Under the pieces are notes generated by a model that was given only the letters and a program-made list of their open reading frames with translations, searched no databases and was not told the DNA's origin. A DNA stretch of 64,000 bases from Verrucomicrobiota bacterium (GTDB lineage: Bacteria; Verrucomicrobiota; Verrucomicrobiia; Limisphaerales; SXTU01): positions 580 through 64,579 of the forward strand of contig JACRKB010000128.1 in the NCBI GenBank assembly GCA_016235545.1, in the 5' to 3' direction. Made by a program: the position numbers and the translations under genes. Positions 45,012-54,431 of the stretch are shown piece after piece (within the stretch, counting starts at the first letter, position 1; each line of letters starts with the position of its first letter).

Positions 45012-45997
45012 CGCGTTGTTCCGCCACAGTCATCACGATTCGGCTCCGGCTCATCGAATCCTGCAGTGCTCGCGATCACCCAGAGCGGACGGCGTTTTGA
45101 TTCCAAGAAAACCTGGCCCAGATACTCGCCGATGATGCCCAGCGCGAGCAGTTGCATGCCGCCGAGGAAGAGAATCAGGCAGACCAGCGTGAGGAAGCCC
45201 ACCACGTCCTGCGGCGCGTGCCCCAAAATCCGAAAACCGAAAAAGTGCCAGAGCAGATAAAAGCCGATCATCGCGAAAGACAGGCTGGCCACCGCGATGC
45301 CCGCCACGCTGATGGCCCGCAGCGGCACCACCGAGAAACCGAGGATGCCGTCGCTGGCGAGCCGGACCAGTTTGGACAGGCTGTATTTGGTCTCCCCGCT
45401 TGCGCGGTCCGGCCGGTCATACTCCAGCGCCTCCTGTCGGAACCCAGCCCAGCTCCGCAGCCCGCGCACGAACCGGCTTTGCTCCGGCATCGCCCGCAGC
45501 ACCTCCACCACGCGCCGGTCCATCACGCAAAAATCCCCGGCGTCCAGCGGCATCTCCATCGCCGCCAGCGAGCGCAGTATCCGGTAAAACAGCCGGTAGC
45601 AGGCCCGTTTCCACAATGCACCCTGCCGCGTGCGCCGCACCGCATACACCACGTCCGCGCCGGCGCGCCACTTCGCCACCATCGCCGCCAGGTGCGCGGG
45701 CGGGTCCTGAAGGTCAGCGTCCATCACGCCCACGCAATCGCCGCGCGCATGGTGGATGCCCGCTGACACGGCCGTTTGATGGCCGAAGTTGCGGCTGAAG
45801 TTGACGATCTTCACACGCTCATCCGTGCGCCGCAGCTCCTTCAACACCTCCGGGGTGCGGTCCCGGCTGCCATCGTTGACGAAGATCAGCTCCACCCGCT
45901 CTGGCAGCTCCCGCAGCATCGCAGCCATCTCGGCATAGAAGGCGGGCAGCACTTCCTGTTCGTTGAACACAGGCACGACGATGGACAGAAGTTTCAT
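45008..45997 (-). CDS. GT2 polyprenyl-phosphate glycosyltransferase (GtrB/ArnC-like)
   Basis: 329 aa. It starts MKLLSIVVPVFNEQEVL, has FVNDGSRDRT and a DADLQDPP motif, and ends in two C-terminal TM helices. Confidence 0.85.
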   Translation of the reverse strand: MKLLSIVVPVFNEQEVLPAFYAEMAAMLRELPERVELIFVNDGSRDRTPEVLKELRRTDERVKIVNFSRNFGHQTAVSAGIHHARGDCVGVMDADLQDPPAHLAAMVAKWRAGADVVYAVRRTRQGALWKRACYRLFYRILRSLAAMEMPLDAGDFCVMDRRVVEVLRAMPEQSRFVRGLRSWAGFRQEALEYDRPDRASGETKYSLSKLVRLASDGILGFSVVPLRAISVAGIAVASLSFAMIGFYLLWHFFGFRILGHAPQDVVGFLTLVCLILFLGGMQLLALGIIGEYLGQVFLESKRRPLWVIASTAGFDEPEPNRDDCGGTTR

Positions 45998-46050
45998 GAC
46001 AATAGTGGCGCAGGCGTCCCGCCTGCCGCTGGGTTGGTGGACCGCTTCCG

Positions 46051-47442
46051 TTACGGTTGGCCCGCTGGGGCCAGCTCTCGTTCAGCAGGCTTGACCGGAC
46101 GCGCGGCGTCAACGACCTGACGCACCAGGTCCGCCATCTGGCGGCCAGTTTCGCGCCGGTGGAACCCACGCAGATACGGCAGGTTTGGCACGGGCGAGAA
46201 GCAACCCTCAATCAATTCCGCGAGTCCTCGCGCGCCCGCCTCCGGTTCATCCGCGTCACACACGATGGCAAGTCCCGATGCGGCCAGGAATTCCCGCTGC
46301 TCACCTTCCGTCACGAACGCGATGATGGGCGTCCGGCTCGCGACGTATTCGAAGGTCTTGCCCGCGATGCAATAGTCCCGCCCGCCGATGACTTTCGCCG
46401 ACGTGGCCAGCAGCGCGTCGCACGACGCCTGAAATTCAAGACAAGCGCGATGCGACATCCGCCCGAGATGCTCCACCACGTCCGTCAGCCCAAACTCCTC
46501 CACCTGCGCTCGCAGCCAAGACGGAGTGTCCCCGACGAAGCGCACTTTGACGCGCGACCGTAGTTCGGGCCGCCCATAGAGCAGCCGGCGAAGCGCGCGA
46601 AAGAAAAAGAACGGGCTGCGATACAGCCAGTCCTCCCGCCGGGGCGCATACTGGAGCCAGCGATGCGGCGAGCGCTGCCACCACGGGCCCAGCAGCGCGG
46701 CGCGCGTCTCAGGCGTGTAGTAGAAACTGCCGACGTAACCGATGACGAACGGCTTTTCACAAGGGGCCGGGCGCGCTGCGGGAGAGTCCGGCAACGACGC
46801 GTCGTAGCCGTTCGCGACCACATGAAACTTCTCCGCTGGCACTCCGGGATGAGCGCGCTGCAAATCCTCCACCAACTGCCGCGTCACGCCAACCACCGCG
46901 CTCGCGGCGTCAAGGCACGCGCGTTCGCGGCGGAGCGTGAGCCGGTAGTGCAGCCAGCTCGGCTGCGGGCTGCAACACCACTGCGACCAATTGTCCCGGA
47001 AATCCAAGATGAGCGGCAGCCCGCTGCGCTGCGCCAGCTCGACAGCGAGCGGGGCCATGCTGAACGGCGGAACGGACACGTAGAGCGCATCGGGTTTTTC
47101 GCGGCGGACCAGCTCCGGCCACGCGGCGAGCAGCGGCTCGCGCCACGCACGACCGAGGCCTTCACCTAGGCTGAAGAACTGATGAAGCCAGTCGCCGATT
47201 CGGGAACCGCCCCGCCGCACCGGCGGACACGGCACGCGCTCGATGCCGGTTGCGGCGGGCAGTTCATCCAGCAACGCGGCTTCCCGCGCCGGGCCAATCA
47301 CCGCCTCAATGGATTCTTTGTCCGGCGTCACCACCACCGGGCGGACGCCGTGCTCCGGCAGATACTTGGCGAACTTCAACGAACGCTGCACTCCCACGCC
47401 GCCCAGCGGGGGAAATTCAAAGGCGAGCATCAGCAGGTTCAT
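46051..47442 (-). CDS. Glycosyltransferase family 4 (GT-B)
   Basis: Trimmed to ATG 47442 (MNLLMLAFEFPPLGGVGVQRSLKFAKYL), giving 463 aa. A 1-nt overlap links it to the wecB stop. The upstream 96 codons of the track ORF are Arg/Gly-rich junk. Confidence 0.8.
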   Translation of the reverse strand: MNLLMLAFEFPPLGGVGVQRSLKFAKYLPEHGVRPVVVTPDKESIEAVIGPAREAALLDELPAATGIERVPCPPVRRGGSRIGDWLHQFFSLGEGLGRAWREPLLAAWPELVRREKPDALYVSVPPFSMAPLAVELAQRSGLPLILDFRDNWSQWCCSPQPSWLHYRLTLRRERACLDAASAVVGVTRQLVEDLQRAHPGVPAEKFHVVANGYDASLPDSPAARPAPCEKPFVIGYVGSFYYTPETRAALLGPWWQRSPHRWLQYAPRREDWLYRSPFFFFRALRRLLYGRPELRSRVKVRFVGDTPSWLRAQVEEFGLTDVVEHLGRMSHRACLEFQASCDALLATSAKVIGGRDYCIAGKTFEYVASRTPIIAFVTEGEQREFLAASGLAIVCDADEPEAGARGLAELIEGCFSPVPNLPYLRGFHRRETGRQMADLVRQVVDAARPVKPAERELAPAGQP

Positions 47443-48521
47443 CAGTGCGGAGCCGCTGCCGCCCCCGCGAGCACGAGCGCGGTGATTTGCTCCGCCGAAT
47501 GACCGTCTCCGTAGCACGGGATTGGGTGTCGGCTCCCGGCGAGGACCCGTTCCACTGCGGCTACGATTCCGTCCGGCTCGGTGCCGGCGAGGACGTTCCA
47601 GCCCGCCTCCACCGTCTCCACCCACTCGGTCTCCGGCCGCAGCGTCGCGCAGGGGACGCCCAGAAAATAGGCCTCCTTCTGCAACCCGCCTGAATCCGTC
47701 AGCACGCACCGGCTGTTCGCGACGACGCACAGCATGTCGAGATACCCCAGCGGGTCGCAGAGAATGACATTGCCCGGCACGACCACGCCCGCAGCCAAAA
47801 GCGGTCGAGTCCGGGGATGCACAGGAAACAGCACGGGCGCACGCAACGCCCCAGCCGCCGCGAGAATTCCCCGCAGCACGTGCGGGTTTTCTGTGTTGTA
47901 AGCGCGGTGGATGGTCAGCACGAAGTAGCCGCCCGCCGACAAACCAAAACGCGCCAACGTCTCCGCCCGGGCCTTCGCCACTGCGCCAAAACGCCGCACT
48001 GCGTCAAACATGATGTCCCCGACCATGTGAACTCCGCGCGTGATGCCCTCCGCCGTAAGATTCGCCACCGCCTGCCCGGTCGGGCAGAACAGCCACGTGC
48101 TGCAATGGTCCACCTGCACGCGGTTGATTTCCTCCGGCATGGTCCGGTTCCACGAGCGCAAGCCTGCCTCGACGTGCGCCACGGGGATTTGCAATTTCGC
48201 CGCCGCCAACGCGCCCGCGAGCGTCGTGTTGGTGTCGCCGAACACGACGACTCGTTCCGCTCGCGAGCTGATGAGGCACGACTCGATGGCCTCCAGCATC
48301 CGCCCGGTCATCTGGCCGTGGCTGCCGGAATGAATGCTCAGGCTGAAGTCAGGCGTCGGCAGGCCCAGCTCACGGAAGAAGACCGCCGACATGTTCTCGT
48401 CGAAGTGCTGGCCCGAATGGACCAGCAGCGGCTCCACGCCCGGCGTGGCACGCAACTGGTCCAGCAGTGGCGCGGCCTTGATGAACTGCGGCCGCGCTCC
48501 AACGACGAGTGCGACCCTCAC
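47442..48521 (-). CDS. wecB: UDP-N-acetylglucosamine (or UDP-GlcNAc3NAcA) 2-epimerase, non-hydrolysing (WecB/WbpI family)
   Basis: GTG 48521 (VRVALVVGARPQFIKAAPL) forms a GTGA overlap with the upstream stop. 359 aa with HSGQHFD, VHVEAGLRS and DSGGLQKEA motifs. Confidence 0.85.
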   Translation of the reverse strand: MRVALVVGARPQFIKAAPLLDQLRATPGVEPLLVHSGQHFDENMSAVFFRELGLPTPDFSLSIHSGSHGQMTGRMLEAIESCLISSRAERVVVFGDTNTTLAGALAAAKLQIPVAHVEAGLRSWNRTMPEEINRVQVDHCSTWLFCPTGQAVANLTAEGITRGVHMVGDIMFDAVRRFGAVAKARAETLARFGLSAGGYFVLTIHRAYNTENPHVLRGILAAAGALRAPVLFPVHPRTRPLLAAGVVVPGNVILCDPLGYLDMLCVVANSRCVLTDSGGLQKEAYFLGVPCATLRPETEWVETVEAGWNVLAGTEPDGIVAAVERVLAGSRHPIPCYGDGHSAEQITALVLAGAAAAPH

Positions 48522-49717
48522 GAGGCCGGCCTCCCGCGCCGCAGCAGGCCATACTTCACCGCTTGATAGGCCCGCAGCCCCGCGCGAAACACGCCGCCGC
48601 GCTGGGTCTTCCAGTAGGACGGAAAGTCGTGGAAGGAGCGTTTCGGCCCGGTCAGAATCTGGGTGAACTCCGCTTCGCTCAGCCCAAACTTCTTCTTCAC
48701 GTAATCCGTGTCGGCCTGTTGAAGTTCCGGGTCGTAGCTCGGCTTTGCCAGCTCCTCCAGTGCGGCGGCGCGCGTGGTCTGGCCGGAGCAAATGAGGCTC
48801 GAAAGGTGGGTCTTGCGCTTGTCGTAGCCCCAACGTTTCGGCAGGAACCAGCCCTGATACCAGCGCGTATAGACGCTCTCGTGGTGCTTGCCCCCGTAGC
48901 TCCGCCAGCCGAGGTCCCGCTCTAGGATTTTCAACGCAGCCGGCTTCGAGAAATCAATGTAGTCCAGCAGCATCAGCCTCTTTTGACGCAGCCGAAAATT
49001 CGTCACGTAGGACAGGAAATCCACGCGGGGGAAAGTCTTCACCCGTCCCGAGCCGTAGCGCTGGTGGATGGCGCGGAGGTAGCCCCAGTCCAGATGCGCG
49101 CGCGACCAGGCCTTGGGCAGATGGGTCTCGGTCTTCAGGTTGTAGCCCCAGATCGTGTTGCGCACGCCCTCGCGCGTCGCCGCGTCGTGGACGCACGCCA
49201 CGATTGCGTGGTCGCTGGGAATCTCGCAGTCCACCACGCCGGAGCGGAGGAACGCGAGCTGGATGTCCTTGAACTCCTCCCAGTCAATCACGTGCGTGTA
49301 GAGGTCAATCCCAAGGTTTTTCAGCGTCACCGAGATGTTGCTCACCGCTATCTCCGAGTCCCACCCGTTGTCCAAGTGAACGGCCAGAGGACGCAGGCCG
49401 AGCTGCTTCACCTTGTAGGCGACATACGTGCTGTCCACCCCGCCACTCACGCCGATCACGCAGTCATACTTCTTTCCCACGCCCTCGCGCTTGATGGTGG
49501 CAACAAGTTCCTCCAGCCGGCGCTGCCCATCCGCGCCGCCAAAGACATGCTCGCGCGTCACGCGGTCGTAGTCATGGCAATGCTGGCAAACGCCCGACGC
49601 ATCAAACGTGATGTCCGGGTCCGTCGTGTCCATCACGCAACGCGTGCAGACACGCAGCTCCGCCGACTGGGCGGTCGCGGTGGCCGGAGCCGGGGCGGGG
49701 GAAAGAGTGGCGCTCAT
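48518..49717 (-). CDS. N-acetyl sugar amidotransferase (WbpG/PseA family, PP-loop ATPase)
   Basis: 399 aa with the zinc-ribbon-like CTRCVMDTTDPDITFDASGVCQHC, then the PP-loop CVIGVSGGVDSTYVAY. Confidence 0.85.
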   Translation of the reverse strand: MSATLSPAPAPATATAQSAELRVCTRCVMDTTDPDITFDASGVCQHCHDYDRVTREHVFGGADGQRRLEELVATIKREGVGKKYDCVIGVSGGVDSTYVAYKVKQLGLRPLAVHLDNGWDSEIAVSNISVTLKNLGIDLYTHVIDWEEFKDIQLAFLRSGVVDCEIPSDHAIVACVHDAATREGVRNTIWGYNLKTETHLPKAWSRAHLDWGYLRAIHQRYGSGRVKTFPRVDFLSYVTNFRLRQKRLMLLDYIDFSKPAALKILERDLGWRSYGGKHHESVYTRWYQGWFLPKRWGYDKRKTHLSSLICSGQTTRAAALEELAKPSYDPELQQADTDYVKKKFGLSEAEFTQILTGPKRSFHDFPSYWKTQRGGVFRAGLRAYQAVKYGLLRRGRPAS

Positions 49718-49728
49718 GGGTGCTTCAG

Positions 49729-50880
49729 TCAGGCCGCCAGAAACTCGCGGAGCAGCGCGATGACCTCATCCTGCTGCGCACGGTTCAGCTCCGGGTAAAT
49801 GGGCACGCTCAACGCCTCGCCTGCTAGCTGCATCGCCACCGGCAAATCACCGGGCTGGCAGCCGCAGTAACGGAAACACTCCTGCGCGTGCATCGGGACC
49901 GGATAGTAAATCTCCGTCCCAACTTTCCGCGCCTCGCACAGCGCGCGCAGCGCATCGCGGCGGCCCGCGCCGATGACCCGCAGGGTGTATTGGTTCCAGA
50001 TGTGGTCGTTCCCCGGCAGCGCGACGGGCAGAAGCAGCTTCGCGCCCGCGCTGGGTTCGTTGACCAGCGCCACGCCGGGCAGGCCGCGCAGTTGCGCCGT
50101 GTAGTAAGCCGCGTTCGCGCGCCGCCGCTCGGTGTAGCTGGCGTAGTGCGGCAGCTTCACCGCCAGCAGCGCGGCTTGCAGCGCGTCGAGCCGGAAGTTT
50201 CCGCCCACGAGCTTGTGATAATACTTCGGCTTCGAGCCGTGCGTGCGGAGCAGGCGCGACTTCTCCGCCAGCGCGTCGTCATTCGTCACGAGCAATCCCG
50301 CGTCGCCGAACGCGCCCAGGTTTTTCGACGGGAAGAAGCTGTAGGTGCCCATGTCCCCGATGGTCCCCAACTGCCGGCCGCGATGCGCCGCGCCCATGGA
50401 TTGCGCGGTGTCCTCGATGACACGCAGGTTGTGCTGGCGCGCGAGCGCGAGCACTTCATCCATCGCAGCGGACTGGCCGAAGAGATGGACGGGAATGATG
50501 GCCTTCGTGCGGGGCGTCACCCGGCGCGCGGCGTCCGCCACGTCGAGGTTGAACGTGACTGGGTCGGCGTCCACGAACACGGGCTTTGCGCCCGCGCGCG
50601 CCACGCAGCCTGCCGTCGCGAAGAACGTGTAGCTCGGGCACAGCACCTCGTCGCCCGGCCCGATGCCTGCGGCCATCAGCGCGAGGAGAATCGCATCGGT
50701 GCCGGAGGAGACGCCGATGGCGTGCTTTGCGCCGGTGAACTTGGCGATGGATTCCTCGAACTGAGTGACCTCCTTGCCGAGGATGAATTGGCCGTGGCGC
50801 AGCACGCGCTCGAAGGCGGCCTTGAGTTCGGTTTCCAGCGCAAGATTTTGCGCGTTGAGGTCGAGCAGGGGGACAGGCAT
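49729..50880 (-). CDS. DegT/DnrJ/EryC1/StrS family PLP aminotransferase (WbpE-like)
   Basis: 383 aa with GKEVTQFEESIAKFTGAKHAIGVSSGTDAI and the PLP-Lys motif FFPSKNLGAFGDAG. Confidence 0.9.
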   Translation of the reverse strand: MPVPLLDLNAQNLALETELKAAFERVLRHGQFILGKEVTQFEESIAKFTGAKHAIGVSSGTDAILLALMAAGIGPGDEVLCPSYTFFATAGCVARAGAKPVFVDADPVTFNLDVADAARRVTPRTKAIIPVHLFGQSAAMDEVLALARQHNLRVIEDTAQSMGAAHRGRQLGTIGDMGTYSFFPSKNLGAFGDAGLLVTNDDALAEKSRLLRTHGSKPKYYHKLVGGNFRLDALQAALLAVKLPHYASYTERRRANAAYYTAQLRGLPGVALVNEPSAGAKLLLPVALPGNDHIWNQYTLRVIGAGRRDALRALCEARKVGTEIYYPVPMHAQECFRYCGCQPGDLPVAMQLAGEALSVPIYPELNRAQQDEVIALLREFLAA

Positions 50881-50905
50881 GGGTTGTTTTGGAGAGGGCC
50901 GGTGT

Positions 50906-51553
50906 TCAGGCCGTTTTGAATTCGTCGTAAATCTTTTTTCCGACCGCCAGCTCCGGTGGCAGCGGCGCTTCCTCGTCGAGGTCGAGACAGCGCAAAGCGC
51001 CGGCGGCAGTCAGTTCATAGCGGTAGCCGGACTCGGGACAGCGCAGCACGCCGTCTGCGCCCGGAGCGAGCCGGTGGCCGTGGCGGCTCATCCAGCCCTG
51101 CTGCCGCGCGGGCACGCCGACCATCAGCGCGTAGTCGGGCACGTCCTTCGTCACGACCGTGCCGGCGGCGATGAAGCAGTAGCGACCCAGCGTGACGCCG
51201 CAGACGATGGTGCAGTTCGCGCCGAGCGTCGCGCCGCGCCGGATGAGCGTGCGCTCGTAAAGGCTGTGGCGGCTCACCTGCGACCGCGGGTTTGTGACGT
51301 TCGTCAGCACGCACGACGGGCCGAGGAAAACATCGTTCTCGATGGTCGTGCCGCCGTAGATGGCGACGTTGTTCTGCACCTTCACGTTGTCGCCCACGAC
51401 CGCGTCCCCGGCCACCATCGTGTTCTGCCCGAAGCCGCATTGGGCGCCAATCTTCGCGCCCGCGCAGACGTGGGCGAAGTGCCAGATTTTCGTGCCCGCC
51501 CCGATGATGCAGGGCTGGTCAACGACGGCGGTGGGGTGGGCGACGTAGTCCAT
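50906..51553 (-). CDS. Hexapeptide-repeat N-acetyltransferase (WbpD/WlbB-like)
   Basis: 215 aa. It starts MDYVAHPTAVVDQPCIIGAGTKIWHFAHV and continues with left-handed beta-helix repeats. Confidence 0.85.
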   Translation of the reverse strand: MDYVAHPTAVVDQPCIIGAGTKIWHFAHVCAGAKIGAQCGFGQNTMVAGDAVVGDNVKVQNNVAIYGGTTIENDVFLGPSCVLTNVTNPRSQVSRHSLYERTLIRRGATLGANCTIVCGVTLGRYCFIAAGTVVTKDVPDYALMVGVPARQQGWMSRHGHRLAPGADGVLRCPESGYRYELTAAGALRCLDLDEEAPLPPELAVGKKIYDEFKTA

Positions 51554-51615
51554 GTTTAGGAAAGGTCCCGTTCACGCGAACTCCGGGCTATGAGCACGGG
51601 GGGCGGGAGAAAACA

Positions 51616-51684
51616 TATTAGGAGAGCAGGAATGCAGGAGATATGCCGGCACCCTCTTCTTCCTGCCTTCCTGCTCTCCTAATA
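51616..51684. repeat. Intergenic palindromic hairpin element
   Basis: The arm tattaggagagcaggaatgcagga (51616-~51640) pairs, with one mismatch, with tcttcctgccttcctgctctcctaata (~51657-51684). It lies between the WbpB-like and WbpD-like genes. Confidence 0.7.
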
Positions 51685-51707
51685 AATTCCCTTGCCGCAT
51701 TCATGGT

Positions 51708-52709
51708 TCAGACGTCGGCGAGCACCGTGGGGCGGCCGTTGAGTTGCAGCGAAGTCTGGCAGGCTTGCAGGACGCGCAGCACGGCGATGCCGCTGGCCGA
51801 GTCGGTCAACGGGCGGGAGCGTGTGCGAATGCAATCGAGGAAGTGCTCGCACTCGGCGCGAAGCGGTTCGCCCGCCGGGAGTGCGACGGCAACGTCCGCG
51901 CCTTTTTGCAGCACCGGCTGGCGGTTGCTGAAATCCACGCGCTGGTCGAAGAGGACGAGCTTGTCCTCCTTCGCCACGTCGTTGAACACGGCCATTTTGC
52001 GGTCTCCCACCACGACGAGCTTCTGCTCCTTGAACGGGTTGAGCCAGCTCACGAAGATGTGCGCGCGGAGGCCGGACCGGAAGTGGAGGCAGGAGACGGT
52101 CACGTCCGCGAGGTTTGGCGTCAGGTAGCTGCCGCCGGTGCATGTGACCTCCAGCGGCAACTCGCCGACGAGCCGGAGGATCACGGCGATGTCGTGCGGC
52201 GCGAAGCTCCACAGGGCATTCTCCTCAGTGCGGATTTTCCCGAAGTTGAGGCGGTTCGAGTAGATGTAATTCACGCGGCCCAGCTCCCCACCCGCCAGCA
52301 GTTCGCGCAGCTTCAGCACTGCTGGATGGAATTCCAGGAGATGCCCGACCATCAAGATGCGGCCCGCCTTTTCCGCCGCCTCGTGCATCCGCAAGCCCTG
52401 CTGGTGATTGAGCGCCATCGGCTTTTCCACCAGCACATCTTTGCCGGCCGCGAGCGCCTGCAGGGCCAGCGGCTCGTGCGTCTCGGCGGGCGTGGCCAGC
52501 ACCACGGCATGGATGTCCGTGCGCTGGAAAACGCTCGCGAAATCATCCATCACTTCCACCTCGGGCGCGAGCTGGCGGGCGCGAGCACGCCCAGCCTCGC
52601 CGGGATCGCACACGGCGCGCAGAACTCCGAGCCCGTGGAAGTTTCGGACGAGATTCTGGCCCCAGTATCCGCAGCCGAGAACGGCGATGTTTGGCGAGTG
52701 TGTGTTCAT
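51708..52709 (-). CDS. Gfo/Idh/MocA family oxidoreductase (WbpB-like UDP-GlcNAcA 3-dehydrogenase)
   Basis: 333 aa with IAVLGCGYWGQNLVRNF (Rossmann) and VLVEKPMAL motifs. It is clustered with WbpD- and WbpE-like genes. Confidence 0.85.
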   Translation of the reverse strand: MNTHSPNIAVLGCGYWGQNLVRNFHGLGVLRAVCDPGEAGRARARQLAPEVEVMDDFASVFQRTDIHAVVLATPAETHEPLALQALAAGKDVLVEKPMALNHQQGLRMHEAAEKAGRILMVGHLLEFHPAVLKLRELLAGGELGRVNYIYSNRLNFGKIRTEENALWSFAPHDIAVILRLVGELPLEVTCTGGSYLTPNLADVTVSCLHFRSGLRAHIFVSWLNPFKEQKLVVVGDRKMAVFNDVAKEDKLVLFDQRVDFSNRQPVLQKGADVAVALPAGEPLRAECEHFLDCIRTRSRPLTDSASGIAVLRVLQACQTSLQLNGRPTVLADV

Positions 52710-52733
52710 AGGCAGTGGGATTGTGCGGGCGAT

Positions 52734-53639
52734 TCAGGCAGCCGGTGGCGCGGCCACTTCGCCAAGGGACTTGAGGAATTCTGCGGCTCGTTCCGCCGGG
52801 ACGACGAGATAGTCCGACCACGCGATTTCACCATGGACGCCAATCTCCTCCAACCTGCGCAGGCCGGCAAAGCCCTCGGTCGGGGTTTTCCCGACACGGA
52901 AAATTTGATAACCCAGCTCGCGAAAAATCCGCTCAATTGCCGTCTGCCGTTCCAGCCGCTGCGTGTTTTCCGGTTTGTAGACGGGAAGAATCTCCATGAG
53001 CACTGGCGGACGCGCTGATTGAAGAACTGGCCTCAGCGTTTCAATGACCTCCTTCTCGCCGCCCTCCACATCAATCTTCACAAAGGCTACGCCTGTGCGC
53101 GCGACGAACGGCTCGATCGCCGCGAACGGCAGGGTGGAAATGAGCCGATGACCAAAGACCTTTTCGTCCGGGCGAAAGTTCGCCACCAAGGACGCCGAGC
53201 TGTCCGTGCCGTCGGCAGTGTAGAAATCGAGTTTCATCAGCGCCGCCTCGGTGTGCAGGCCGACAGGCACCAGCTCGCAGGCGCGAAACCCGTTGGCCGC
53301 GATGAGCTGGCCGAGATACTGGACGCAGGCGGGGTTCGGCTCCAACCCCACCCACGGCGTGTCCGTCCAGCGGCTTCGCAGTTTAAGCAGCGTCTGGCCG
53401 GTGTTCGCGCCCACATCGAGAAACACCCCGCTGCGCGGCGGGGCCAGGCGGTCGAAGATTTCCACCATCCACGACTCGATGATCTCGATGTTCCCCATCC
53501 CGAGCCCCTGCACCACCGGCACACGGAACGAACGACCGCCGACCTGTGTCGTGAGGTTCATGGCGATCCGTTGAGTGATCCCAAACCGGGACAGATCGCG
53601 CAGGAGGCGGCGCACAACTCGAATTCGGAGAGGAGGCAT
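52734..53639 (-). CDS. FkbM family methyltransferase
   Basis: 301 aa with VFLDVGANTGQTLL, and later FVKIDVEGGE, typical of FkbM-type SAM methyltransferases. Confidence 0.8.
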   Translation of the reverse strand: MPPLRIRVVRRLLRDLSRFGITQRIAMNLTTQVGGRSFRVPVVQGLGMGNIEIIESWMVEIFDRLAPPRSGVFLDVGANTGQTLLKLRSRWTDTPWVGLEPNPACVQYLGQLIAANGFRACELVPVGLHTEAALMKLDFYTADGTDSSASLVANFRPDEKVFGHRLISTLPFAAIEPFVARTGVAFVKIDVEGGEKEVIETLRPVLQSARPPVLMEILPVYKPENTQRLERQTAIERIFRELGYQIFRVGKTPTEGFAGLRRLEEIGVHGEIAWSDYLVVPAERAAEFLKSLGEVAAPPAA

Positions 53640-53672
53640 GAGTATGAAAGGGGGCAGATGCAGCAGCGCGAC

Positions 53673-54431
53673 CTAATGTGAAATCGCCTGCAACTCAGCG
53701 GCCGTCGGATAATTGATCAGCACCGCGCGATGCGGTCCGGTGAACACGAACAGGCTCCCAGCCGCCACGCCGGACGCGCCGGCGGTCACCGCCTCGCCGA
53801 GATGCGCCACCGAGCCGGCGCCGCCGCACGCCACCACGGGGACATGCACCGCCTTAGTGACCTCGCGGATCAGCTCGACATCAAAACCCCGCATCGTGCC
53901 GTCGCGGTCCACTGAGTTGAGCAGGATTTCCCCCGCGCCTCGCTCCTCCATCTCGCGAATGTATTCCACGGGGCCGCGGCCGGTGTTCTTCGTGCCGCAG
54001 TGCGTGAAGACGCGCGGACGTCCCAGCCAGTCGTTCTTCACGTCCACGCCCACGATGATGCTCTGGTTGCCAAAGGCATTGGCCAGCTCGGTGATGAGCG
54101 CGGGGGTTTCCGCCGCCGCCGTGTTCAGCGCGACCTTCTCAACGCCGAGGTTGAACAACTGCCGCGAGTGCTCCAGCGAGCGCACGCCGCCGCCGTAGCA
54201 CATGGGCATGAAGCATTCGCTGGCAATGTTCCGCACCCGCTCGAACGACGGGGTGCGGCCCTCCGGGGTGGCGGTGATGTCCAGGAAGATCAGCTCGTCC
54301 ACTTCCTTCTCGTTGAAGATTTTCACCGCGTTGATCGGATCACCGACGTATTTCGGCTCCTTGAAGCGGACCGTCTTGACGAGGCCGTCGCCCTTGAGCA
54401 GCAGGCACGGGATGACGCGGGCGCGAAACAC
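53673..54431 (-). CDS. hisF: HisF-like cyclase subunit of imidazole-glycerol-phosphate-synthase paralog (acetamidino/amidotransfer module)
   Basis: 252 aa with a GTG start. It begins RVIPCLLLKGDGLVKTVRFK and shows (beta/alpha)8 HisF signatures (DELIFLDI, GGGVRS, ACGGAG). It lies next to HisH- and WbpG-like genes. Confidence 0.85.
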   Translation of the reverse strand: MFRARVIPCLLLKGDGLVKTVRFKEPKYVGDPINAVKIFNEKEVDELIFLDITATPEGRTPSFERVRNIASECFMPMCYGGGVRSLEHSRQLFNLGVEKVALNTAAAETPALITELANAFGNQSIIVGVDVKNDWLGRPRVFTHCGTKNTGRGPVEYIREMEERGAGEILLNSVDRDGTMRGFDVELIREVTKAVHVPVVACGGAGSVAHLGEAVTAGASGVAAGSLFVFTGPHRAVLINYPTAAELQAISH

